IMG/VR virus record: IMGVR_UViG_3300009161_000003
Span: 32,001-96,000 of that record
DNA length: 64,000 bases
From: a virus
Direction: 5' to 3' (one strand)
Shown here: in pieces, positions 46,262 to 57,400 of the stretch
Layout of the letters: every line of letters begins with the position of its first letter
Position numbering within the stretch: the stretch's first letter is position 1
Made by a program: the position numbers and the translations under genes
The notes under the pieces: model-generated
Seen by the model: only the letters and a program-made list of their open reading frames with translations
Database searches by the model: none
Told to the model about the DNA's origin: nothing

Positions 46262-49200
46262 TTACACCTCACTCAAATATATAGTCATGTCTGGTCCACT
46301 TAAACTTCTTGAATACTCTATATTATAAACAACAAATCTTGAAGTAGAAGATGCTACAAGATCTAGACCATTATTGTTTTTATAATCAATTGAAATAATA
46401 TCCCCTAATTGAATTGTTGGATTAGCAAAAATTTTTAATCCAATTGATTTTTTAGGAACTATTAGTTTATCAAGCAGCCAACCAATTAATTCCTCTGCCT
46501 CTTCTGTTGTTTGTATGTATTCAACATTTATGTTAAAGTCTGTTCTTCCATGTTTAAGTCTGCTTAATTTAATATTATCATATTTTTCTTTTTCTAATTT
46601 TGGTGAATAAACTATTACATCACCTTTAAGTTCTGGGTCTGAAAAGTTTGATCGTTTTTTAAAATAATCATCTACTGTTAGTTCGCTACTGCTATCACTA
46701 GTAAAAGCAATACCCATAATTTGCAAAGTATTAGATGTATCTGTACCAAGATTTAAAAGACTATCTGTTGCATTAAATACCAAAAACTCTGCTCCATAAG
46801 CATTTGCTTGGAATCCAGAGACTGTATATTCTTTTAGTTTATCTGGTGCCATTACTATTTTTGCATATAGTGCTGGATATGCATTATCAAATTTAGCATT
46901 AATGTATGCACACTCTCTCATTATAGTTCCAAATTCATCATAAAAAATATTAAATTTTGGTGTTGTCAATGTGTTAATGCCTTTTAAATAAGACTCTTGT
47001 AAAATTCCACTTAGTGCGTATTTTTTAATAGCATCATTTGCTGTAATTGATCTGTTTGAAAACGTTCTCGATATTTGATTATTAATTTCAAATCCTGTAT
47101 TTTTTGAATAGTTGTCTGATAAAGCATAAATATTTTCAAACATACATTTTGAAGAACCACGAACAAACAAAGCCGTTGATTGATAGTTTGGCAAAGGATC
47201 TAAGTCGTCAACTTGAGCAATAAGTTCATTATTAATATACAAATAAAACCTTCTTATATTACTATTTGCTAAGTCTTCATACTCTACGGCTAAGTCGTAT
47301 ATGCTAGTGTTTTCTTCATTGTATTTTCTTGATATACCAAAAAATTCTCCCGAATCATAATTAATTGTTTCATCATAAGTACTAAATAGTTTAACTGGAA
47401 CTGCTTTACTTTCACCAACACCTGCAACAACTTTATAAAAGATAACATTGTGTGTATCTGTTGTTGCATTGTCTAATGCAATTATTTCAAAATAATATCC
47501 TAAATTTGTTGTTGGATTTAACAAAACTGCAATTCCTCCAGAGTTTCCAGAAATATTAATTTTTTCTTCTGGCGCTGCTGTATTGTTGCCTTGTTTAGAC
47601 GCATTGTTTTCATAATAAGTCATTCCATTTAATGGAATTGATTTAATAACTACTTTGCCATCTGCTGTAGTTGTTTGACCTTGTGGTTCTCCAACAATTC
47701 TAATTCTAGTTCCAAAATGTTTAAAAACAGATTGATCTAATGTTTTATAAACATAAGACAAGTTATCTCTTGGAGAAAGGTCTGTTGTAACAAAGTCTTT
47801 ACCTTTAAAAACAAGAGCAGAGGATTGAACAAGTCCTTTATTTTTTGTTGGGTCTATAATTGTAACAGATGCTCTTTCTGTTTCTGTAAGTGCATACTCT
47901 GATAAAAATCTTTTAATTACTCCATTTACTGATGCTGCTTCTGCAGAAGTAATTCCAGCAGCAACTGTACCATTTAAAGTCCCTTCAAACTCTGTTCCTC
48001 CAAATAAATATTGAGAAGACATAAGAACGCCTTTACGATTATCTTTATTGCTCCAATAGGGGTCTAAAGATGCTGTATGGTTTTGAATAACAGTTCCAAA
48101 TTGAGCCCTTCCACTTTGAACAACTGGACCATTAACCATTCTAGTAACTCCATTAATAGTTTCATAGTATGGTTCTGCAAAAATTCTTACTTTTCCCGTT
48201 GGAAAAATTTTTCCACCAAATTTTAATTTATTTAAATAATTTTTATATTCAGAGTCACTACTTATAAAAACATTTCCAAATCCTTCAACTGAGTGCTCTA
48301 CAGCATCGTATCTAATTATTTCTCCACTTGAATAAAAATATCCTTGCTGCCTAGATATTAAATAAATCCCTTCGCCAAAATCAATAATATTATTAATAAG
48401 TTGATTGTTGACTACGGTTGGAAGTACTTGGGGAAGGGTTGAGTTTAAAGCAAGTGCAGAAAGGGTAAATCCACTTGACCTACTATCTTTTAGTTCTTCT
48501 TGATTTGAAATTTCCCATAAAGCAGATGGTTTGTATACCCAATATTTATTTTCTGCACTTGATGCAATCTGCTCGCCAAATGCAGAATATGTTTTATCAA
48601 TGTATCTTGTTGTATAACTAATCTTGCCATCATTGTATATTTTTTTATCTTGTGAAGCAATACTAATTATGTTAGCAAGTTTTTTGTTAGGCAGTGTTTT
48701 ATTTTGAATAATATTTGCTGTACTTTCTGCAAGAGAGGGAGAACCTCCTAAATTTATTTCATCCCATTCAGTAGTGCTATAAGATCCAGCATCCACAGTT
48801 TCAGTTGGCTCAGTGCTATATGTTGAAGCATCATCAAAATCTGTAATAATCTCTGGAACTGGTCCTGTAACTTTAGAACCAATCATTACAGTATCAACAG
48901 ATCTTTGTGTTGCTGTTGGCATTAAATAATTTTTACTCATTGCAATAAAATTATTATATTCATCAAAAAACATTGCAGTTTGTGTTGAAGTAGCCAAACT
49001 ATTTAAAACTTGTGCAACGTTGGTATCAGGACCCACATAAAAATAAGGAATAATTGGATCTGATTCTCCTTCAATTCTTTTATAAATATAGTTACTAAAA
49101 CCAATAGAGTCTAACAAAATTGATATTGCATAACTAATAGATATATTTGTAAGAAATAGTTTTGGTGCTGTTATTGATTCAAAATAAAAATAAAAATCTC

Positions 49201-50773
49201 TTAACTCTAAGGAGATTGTTCCTCCAGTTATATCTGCTTGTGGCATTCCTTCTGCATATAATGTTTTAATTGGAACGCTATAGTTTTTATTACTTACATT
49301 TAAGAATGTTTCATAAAAATTAAATTTAAGGTTTTTGGTAACATATTTAGCAATAATACTATTTGTATTGTTTTCATTAAACGCTTGATCGTCATCAAAT
49401 ATTGATATGTTTCCAGTAGAAGCCAGCAACTGTCCAACTGGCAAAGAGCCATTGCCAAGATCAGACAACTGCTTAGTTATAGAATAACTAATAGTTTTAT
49501 TTGATATATTGGCAACTAATCTTGGAGACATTTCAATTAAATCAAAAGTAGCCTCGTACTTGTTCATTTGTTCTGCAACAATTCTTACACCTTGAATATA
49601 TTGAAATTCACGATATACTCTTTGATTGTTTTTAATAAAATATTCTGGAGATGTAAAATCTGTAACAAAGTTTGTTTCTTTGGTTAAATCTAAATTTGTT
49701 AATTGCCATCCATAGTCTGGCACAAATGTATCGTAAACTTTTGTTGTGTCGTTCCATACATAATAAATTCCTTGATCTGTTGCACTTGAAGAAAGCAAAT
49801 AGGCATATCCATCAATTGATCTTGTTGGTAGTACGGTAGTAGAAGATATTTTTTCAACATGTCTAAATCTAGTTTTAAAATCATTTGGAATAATTAAACC
49901 ATAAGACAATTCTACATAACCATCTTCTTTAATTATAACGGTTGAGTCATCTCTTAAAGAGTTTGCATTAAAAGTTTTTGCTGAGACCCAAGAATTATTT
50001 AACAAATATTCAATACGCCAAACAACAGGAACTTGTTTATTAGAGTTTCCAAAAAGTGGATCTGCAATGGGACTTGTGACAGTGTTGAAAGGGCCAAGAT
50101 CTTTTGTTCCAACATGTGTTTGCATTTTGACAACAATTCGATTTGCTGGAACTGTTTCTTTATATACTACAAATGGTGCAGCATCTTCAATTGGATATTG
50201 ATTATTTACAGATTTTTTTGATATACCCCGTTCTGTTGTGGTAAAGGATGTAGCACTTTCTTTTTCTGTTCTAAACGATGTCCAATATTTAAACTCATCA
50301 TATCTTGATCCTATATAGTATCTTGGTCTTTGTGTAAAAAAACTAGTTGCTCCAATAGTAGAATCAGCAAAGACTTGATTATTAATTAAGTTAGTATTAA
50401 AATTATGAAGATATCTTCCTTGAATATAAAACGCTTTGTTGATTCCTGATCTTGGTCGGAAAGGTTTAAGACAGTCTTCTAAAGAATAAAGTCCTGCATA
50501 TTGTTCTTTAAGTGTTGAAAATAATGCTGGCTGGTCACTATTAGTAAAACCATTATCAACTACAATATCTGCATCTGTTGCTCCCGTGTAAGAATTGCCA
50601 ACATCATTTGCATCAAATGAAAGTGGTGCTTTTCCTGTATCTCTATTTCTATAATTTCCTAATTTAAAAATGTTATCTGGAACATTCATATTCCACTCTG
50701 CTAAAATAGTTGAACGGGTTTCAACTGTTGCAGAATTTTCTAAATGGTTCTTTAAAGTTGTATCAAGAAACAT
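46262..50773 (-). CDS. large minor tail (baseplate hub/tail-tip) protein
   Basis: 1503 aa following the distal tail gene; ANP.IQLGDII...VVYNIEY C-terminus. Confidence 0.7.
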   Translation of the reverse strand: MFLDTTLKNHLENSATVETRSTILAEWNMNVPDNIFKLGNYRNRDTGKAPLSFDANDVGNSYTGATDADIVVDNGFTNSDQPALFSTLKEQYAGLYSLEDCLKPFRPRSGINKAFYIQGRYLHNFNTNLINNQVFADSTIGATSFFTQRPRYYIGSRYDEFKYWTSFRTEKESATSFTTTERGISKKSVNNQYPIEDAAPFVVYKETVPANRIVVKMQTHVGTKDLGPFNTVTSPIADPLFGNSNKQVPVVWRIEYLLNNSWVSAKTFNANSLRDDSTVIIKEDGYVELSYGLIIPNDFKTRFRHVEKISSTTVLPTRSIDGYAYLLSSSATDQGIYYVWNDTTKVYDTFVPDYGWQLTNLDLTKETNFVTDFTSPEYFIKNNQRVYREFQYIQGVRIVAEQMNKYEATFDLIEMSPRLVANISNKTISYSITKQLSDLGNGSLPVGQLLASTGNISIFDDDQAFNENNTNSIIAKYVTKNLKFNFYETFLNVSNKNYSVPIKTLYAEGMPQADITGGTISLELRDFYFYFESITAPKLFLTNISISYAISILLDSIGFSNYIYKRIEGESDPIIPYFYVGPDTNVAQVLNSLATSTQTAMFFDEYNNFIAMSKNYLMPTATQRSVDTVMIGSKVTGPVPEIITDFDDASTYSTEPTETVDAGSYSTTEWDEINLGGSPSLAESTANIIQNKTLPNKKLANIISIASQDKKIYNDGKISYTTRYIDKTYSAFGEQIASSAENKYWVYKPSALWEISNQEELKDSRSSGFTLSALALNSTLPQVLPTVVNNQLINNIIDFGEGIYLISRQQGYFYSSGEIIRYDAVEHSVEGFGNVFISSDSEYKNYLNKLKFGGKIFPTGKVRIFAEPYYETINGVTRMVNGPVVQSGRAQFGTVIQNHTASLDPYWSNKDNRKGVLMSSQYLFGGTEFEGTLNGTVAAGITSAEAASVNGVIKRFLSEYALTETERASVTIIDPTKNKGLVQSSALVFKGKDFVTTDLSPRDNLSYVYKTLDQSVFKHFGTRIRIVGEPQGQTTTADGKVVIKSIPLNGMTYYENNASKQGNNTAAPEEKINISGNSGGIAVLLNPTTNLGYYFEIIALDNATTDTHNVIFYKVVAGVGESKAVPVKLFSTYDETINYDSGEFFGISRKYNEENTSIYDLAVEYEDLANSNIRRFYLYINNELIAQVDDLDPLPNYQSTALFVRGSSKCMFENIYALSDNYSKNTGFEINNQISRTFSNRSITANDAIKKYALSGILQESYLKGINTLTTPKFNIFYDEFGTIMRECAYINAKFDNAYPALYAKIVMAPDKLKEYTVSGFQANAYGAEFLVFNATDSLLNLGTDTSNTLQIMGIAFTSDSSSELTVDDYFKKRSNFSDPELKGDVIVYSPKLEKEKYDNIKLSRLKHGRTDFNINVEYIQTTEEAEELIGWLLDKLIVPKKSIGLKIFANPTIQLGDIISIDYKNNNGLDLVASSTSRFVVYNIEYSRSLSGPDMTIYLSEV

Positions 50774-51400
50774 TTACACTTCTTCCATAGAAACCGATAC
50801 GTCCCATAAGTCATGGTTGGTTTGACCACGTTTTGTAACGGTATATGAAAAATCAGAAATATAAACTTCAACAATTTCAGTATATTGATCTAAGTGTGCA
50901 TATCTATCATCGGTTTGATCATCCGCAAAATTGTTAAACTTGTCATACGATAGGAACATCCAAAATGGTCCAGTGTGGTTCTCATACCAATCTAGCATTT
51001 CTACACCGCCAGCACCCCCGTCAGCCGTGTATTCTGACCCCTGTGTAGTTACTCCAGTAGAGTCTACCCAGTCTGGTCTTCCACCATATGATCTTGAAGG
51101 AATGTTATTCCAACTTGTGCTAATTGTATTTTTATCAGCAATATGAAAAGACCTCATGTTGCCATTTACCATTCTTTGCCTTTGTTCAATTCTTTCTGTT
51201 TTAAAATCTAATGGTGCTCTGTTGTGATCAGATAAGATTAAAAATTTATTTAGATTTGTAGTAGCAGTTGTATATGCACCTATTTCAATTCCGTCTGGAA
51301 CGTAAATTCCATTTTGTAATGTACCTGGATTTTCTGACCAGATAATGGCTTGTGGTCTTCCAAAACGTTTTCTTCCTGCGGTATATGCTGCGGTAGCCAT
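50774..51400 (-). CDS. distal-tail-like minor tail protein
   Basis: Immediately after the tape measure; RMVNG.MRS, WDVSVSMEEV. Confidence 0.65.
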   Translation of the reverse strand: MATAAYTAGRKRFGRPQAIIWSENPGTLQNGIYVPDGIEIGAYTTATTNLNKFLILSDHNRAPLDFKTERIEQRQRMVNGNMRSFHIADKNTISTSWNNIPSRSYGGRPDWVDSTGVTTQGSEYTADGGAGGVEMLDWYENHTGPFWMFLSYDKFNNFADDQTDDRYAHLDQYTEIVEVYISDFSYTVTKRGQTNHDLWDVSVSMEEV

Positions 51401-54400
51401 TAGTAACCCCTAATTCTTTGATTTTCAATCATCTTAATTTGATTGATAACTGTTCGTGCAATATCATTTGGATTGGCATTACTGTTAGAAACATTAACGC
51501 TAAGGTTATAATTATACAGGGTTTTGGAATTATTTACTTCTGTTTGTGACCCACTAAGATTTTTAATAGAGGACATTGCTTCAGGAGTTGTAAATGTTGG
51601 TGAGTTTATAGCACCAAGAAGAGGCCCAAAACTTTGTGTTGCTTTTTTATTAACAACATATTCTCCAGGAGTAAGCATTGCTGGAACAGTATCAGTTCCA
51701 CGAGCCAGACCACCAGATGCCATGTATTTAGGAACCATTCCACCCATTGCACCAGTAAATCCAGGAATGCCGAGATAGTTTAAAGGGTTGTAGGATGATG
51801 TTTTGGGTGCAGTCTGCTTTTTGGGCATATCGCCAACCCCACCCAAATATCTGCCAAATTGGGTGGCCCAATCAAGTGCTGGTGCTGGTGCTGCCGAAAC
51901 TAAAGTCGCTGCTGCTGCTTGGGCTGCTGCTTGCGCTGCTGCTGCTTCTTTTGCTTTAATTGCATCTTCTGCTTTTTGATCAGCAAATGTTGTATTACCT
52001 TTAGTTCCAAGTTCTGCTTTTGCTGCTTTCATTGCAGCATCTGCTGCCTGGATAGATTTTGTTACATCAGTTAATGCAAGTATTGTTGAGTCAGCATCTC
52101 CCTTTACATTCTTAAGAATATTTCCAAGGAATTTAGAATCATTTGGATCAATACCTGCTTCTAATGCTAACTTAATAGCACTACCTGCTGCTGCAATTTC
52201 AACTCTTGTTAGTCCTAAAGTATCTTTAAGAGTTAAATCAAGTTTATCTTTTGCAAGTCTAATGTTGTTTGTTATATCACTTAAACGATCTGCAATAACT
52301 TTATTGTCTGCCTCAATTTGAACTCTGGTTAATCCGTTTGGAGAAGTAACAGATTCAAGTGCATTTGTTTTTGCTTTTTGCAAGGCTTCCATTCTTGTTT
52401 TTGCAACTTGTTGAATTTTTGCATTTCGGTAATCTTGCATTGCACTGCTTGCTGCACTAATATCTCCCTTTGCAAGTGCATCAGCAATTGACATTTTTGT
52501 TGAAATAAGTTGATTATTTTTTTCAGCAAGAGCATTGATCTCTTCTAATGCTGAAATCTGTTTATCATAAGTTTCGTTTATCTTATCTTCTTGCCTTGAA
52601 ATTAAATCTAAATTATAGTTATTATCATTTTGTTTTGTTTCTAATTTAGATTGCTCAAGAACATATTGGTTTTCAATTAGTTTTTCTTGCAATGCCACAA
52701 ACTTCTCAACTATATTAAATCTTGCAACTTGACCATCCATCTCATCCATTAATGCTATCTTTTGAGCATTATCATATTGTTTTTGTGCTGCAGTTAATTC
52801 TTCTGTTTGTGTTAATAATTCTTTAAGTTGGGCTGGGCTAAGTTCTTTATTGGCAATAGCAAGTGCAATGGTTTGATCACTTGCTAACTCCATAGCCTGT
52901 GCATAACTAAATCCAGCATTACGCAAAACAGACATAGCGCCTACTTGGTTTTTAATTCCAGCAATTTTATCTGTTAGTTGGGTTTGATATTCTCCCAATT
53001 TAATTGCTGTAAATGCTTTATTTAATGCATTTCCCAATTCAGTTAATTTCATTGAAGCAGTGCCTGCACCAGTAGTAATTTTGGCTAAATCTTCTTGCAA
53101 TCCTTGTGGGCTCATAGCATCTACAAAGTCTAAGAAATCTCTGCTTACTTTTCCATCTGCCATTAATTTTTGATCAATACCTTTAAATTGTGTTATTGAT
53201 GCATTTTTGCCCATTACTTTTTTTAATTCTTCTGCTCCACCAATTGCATTAATTGTTGAGTTTTGAACAAGTTTAAGTTTCTTAAGTGTGTCATCATATG
53301 TAGTATCTCTTTCGCCACCGCCACCTTTTTTTCCTGGTTTAAATGCTTTACTAGCATCTTTTGCTGCTTCAGTTATTTTGTTTGCTTTGTCTGTTGCCAT
53401 TAAATCCGTTACTTGTTTTGCGGTTGTTAATTTTACACTTTTTTTATAACCTTTAGGATTAAACTTTCTGTCTTTTGCATCTCCTGTTAAAGTTCCTACT
53501 TTATTTTTATTAAATGTTAGTCCTTTTTCACCCATAAAATTTTTAACATCTTGGCTATTTAGATCAATAGTTTCTGTTGTAGTTACCAGTGCTGTCATGT
53601 ATATCTTTTTTTGTTCATCTGGAAGTTTGTTGTAATACTCTAAATCAGTGTTTAATGCGCTTAGTGCTTTTGGATTTGCTCCTAACAATTTTGTGGTAAC
53701 TTTCATGTCAATTTTACCTTTTTGTTTTTGTATCTGTGCTATTGTTGTTTGCAAAGCAGCAGCACCAAGTTTATTTTTTTCAACGTAGTTACCAATAACT
53801 TCCATATCTAAAACAGTTCCCATTTTTCCAAGCGTTCCATAAAAATCTATAAGTTTTTGTGCTTCTTCAGGGGTTTTTCCGTGAACACTTAAAACAAGAT
53901 CTTTTTGTATTTGATCTAAATCTTTTCCTGTGCCTTTTTCAGTAAACATAGAAGCAACTGCCATAGCCTCATTTCCAACTACTGCACCAAATCTTGTCGT
54001 TATATCCATAAACTTTTGTGCGCCTGCTTTGTCTCCAGTAAACATATCAACCATATTTAATACTTGCATTGGATCCATTTGACCAGACGACAACTGCATG
54101 TTGATTAAATATTCATGTTCTTTATTTAATCCTAAACTTTGTATTTGTTTTGATGCTTCTTCGGCAACTGGTGCTAGAGCAGTTCCTTTATATTTATCAA
54201 TTGCAGCGCTTCTTGCTCCTTTTAATAATAAAGTTTGTACTTTTCCATCACTTGCTTTTTTATAAGAATTTAATATATCTGTATTAAGTGATGCATTTGT
54301 GGCAAGCAGTTTTATTCTTCCAGTTTCATATTCCCCTCTTAATTTTTCTGCCTCTACAAGTTTTCCTTCTGATTCAAGTAATTGTATTTTCTTTTGATTT

Positions 54401-57400
54401 TCAAGATCATAAGAATCTAAAAGTTCTTGACTTTGTTCTAAAGCAATTTTTTGCATTGCAACGGATGCTCCAGTTGATTTTGCAATTCTATCATTTCTTT
54501 GTTTGGCTCCTATTATTGCTCCTCCTATTCCGCCAATAATAGTTCCAGCAACGGCTCCAATAGCAGTTCCTATTAATGGAACAATACTACCAACTATTGC
54601 ACCTGCTGCTGCGCCAGCGCCCATACCAGCAGCAACACTACCTACCCCAATTACAATATCTTTTGGATTTTTTTTAAAACTTCCTGAAGCATTTGCTGCA
54701 TTAGATGCAATATCCATTCTGGTTTTACTATCTTGAATAAGTTGTGTTTTAATTGTTAAAGGATCTTTAAGAAGGTTTTCACCTTTTGGTCCAAATAAAT
54801 CAATTAGTTTGGCGTTTACAGTTATGCCAAGTGCTCTATCACCCATTGCTTCACCAATATTTGCAGCAACACTTCTTGCTTGTGCTGGTGTCATAATTCC
54901 GCTAGATATTGCTGTTGCAAGTTGAGCAGTTAATTCGCTTTGTGCAAGTTGTTGTCCACCTGGGCCGCCATCTTTTATTCTTTGTCCAAAATCTTTAACC
55001 ATTTGTTGTCCTTTTTCACCTTCAACAAATGATTCTCCAAATGTTTTTTTGCCTGTTTTAATTTGAAATTGAGATAGTTTATCATTTCTTCTTCTATCCA
55101 TAATTTCTCTTGCAGAAACTTTTCCAGTTGTTTCTGCTAGTTCTTTCATAGATTTTGCCCCTGCGCCCATATTAACTGTTGTCTCTATTGTTTTCTTTAA
55201 TAATGCTTCATTTGATTTCTTTAAAATAAAATATGTTGCAGCAAGTCCAACAATTCCTACTGCTAGCGCACTCTTTGGTCCTTGAATCATTGTCATGGCC
55301 ATTGTTGCTGCAGTTAATCCACCCAAGGCTCCTTGATATTTTTGAGCAGTTTCATTACCCATCATACCTAGTGCCATGTTTCCCATCATAACTGTTGACA
55401 TTGCCATGCTAGAACGTTGCATCATTTTTTGGCTTCTTGCCTGTTGTGCTGCCCTTGTTTGTTCATCTACAGGTGCAGAAGATTTGTTAAAATTAAATCT
55501 AGATTTTTGTGTTTTTTCTTCTTCGTTTGTCAGTGCTTGAGCCCTTGCTTTTGATGCTGCAATTGTTGCTGCCTTTGATGCTGCAGTTGCTTTTTTTGTT
55601 TTGTTACTTTTAGAACGAATGTCACCAGTTTTCCTGTATTGAATATTTCCAGAATTCATTGCTTGAAGAATTGGACCATGTTTTTGTGTTGCTGCTTTAT
55701 TTACTACAAACTCTCCAGGTGTTAGTAATGCTGGTACAGTGTCCTTTTCTCCATACCCTGGAACTGAACCACCAGACGCAAATTTCTTTGCTGTACTAAA
55801 ATTTTTAAATCCGATTCCTTGTCTCATTTTTAAATAGTTATAAATCATATTTGGTGCTCTTAACATTTTTTGATGTGATTCTGGTAGTAAATCAAAATCT
55901 TTTTGGCTTCTAGGGAAAAGCCCCATAAGAGCAGTAGCATTAGGAGATTTAGCAATCATTGCATTTGCTGCTTTGACAACGTGAGAACTAATACCACCAA
56001 TTTGTTTTAATCTTGCCACTCCTTTGTTAGGATCTACCTTACCTCTAGATGTCATTCCTTTATCTGCAGATCTTCCTGCTCTGTAATCGCTTGCAGCAAG
56101 TTTAACTATATTTTTTGTTATATCTGCTGTACTATTTCCTTGAATAGCCATAAAACGTTTGTATAGTCTTTTATAGGTTGGACCATTTATGCCTTCTCCT
56201 TCAGACATTGCACCAGCAAGGGCATATCTCATTCCCATTTCTTTTTTCCATTTAGTAGGATTTGAATGTATTTTTAAATTAGTGTCAAGATCTGCTAAGG
56301 CCATTTTCATAAATTTAGTATCTTGTTCTAATTTTATTGCACTTTGTTTATTAGGTGGTTGTGGTGGTCTTGATGTAAGTTCTGCTAATCTATTTTCAAT
56401 ACTTTTCTTTGATTTTACTGCATCTTGATAAGTTAAAGGATATGGTTTTGCAACATCAAGGCCACTTTGTTCACTAATTTGATTATAGCCGTGATTTCCT
56501 AAAATAGTAAAACCACTGTCAATCTTTTTTCCAAACTTTGAACCAGCAGCAGTATGTAAGTTTGAATCTTTTCCACTTGTAAAATGTAATTTTTCTAAAG
56601 AGTTTAAGGTTGGATCATATTCTCCTCTTAATCTAAAACCTCTAGAAACCAATATTTTTCTAAATGCTGGATCTTTAATTGAAACTCTATGACCCTTTTC
56701 TCCTGGTCTTTGAACGGGTTGAGTTGTTGGTTTTTTAATGTTTTGAGTTTTTCCTTCAGCGTGTATTTTATGAATTTCTTTCCAGTTAATCTTCTTAGCG
56801 TCTTCAACTCTTTGAACCATCTGAGAGTAAGCAACTTTTTCTTCTGGGTTAAGATTAAAAGACCCAATAGAAGATTTTAATTTAGGAAGAACTCTATCTA
56901 ATTCTTGTATCATTGCTTTTTCATATTGTGCAGGAGTCATTGATTGTGCTATTGATCTTGTTGCATCAGCAAAGTATCTTTTTGCCCCACCTTTTACTCC
57001 TAGGAAGTTTACCATTGCTTGATCTTTTACTGGAAGCATTCCTCCAAAGTTTCTTTTTCCAGATGCAGTTCCAAAAACTCCAGCAGGCCCTACGTCAGCA
57101 AGAATACTTCCAGACAAATTTGATTTTGATAAATCTTTGTCTCCTCTAACAACAGAAGCAACTGCCTGCTTAACAAAATCAGATTTTGTAAATTCACCAC
57201 TCATTGCTGCAAATCTTGGATCAAACTTAGACTCTAGAACTATTAACCTTCTACTTGGATTATTTGGATCAACCATTGTGGATAACTTTTGTTCTGGTGA
57301 AACTAATCCATGAACATCTCTTGCAATTGTTGTTCCACGCATTTCTGCTAAAGCAGATTTTTCATCTAAGAATGGTTTAACAAAAACTTTAGATCCGTCT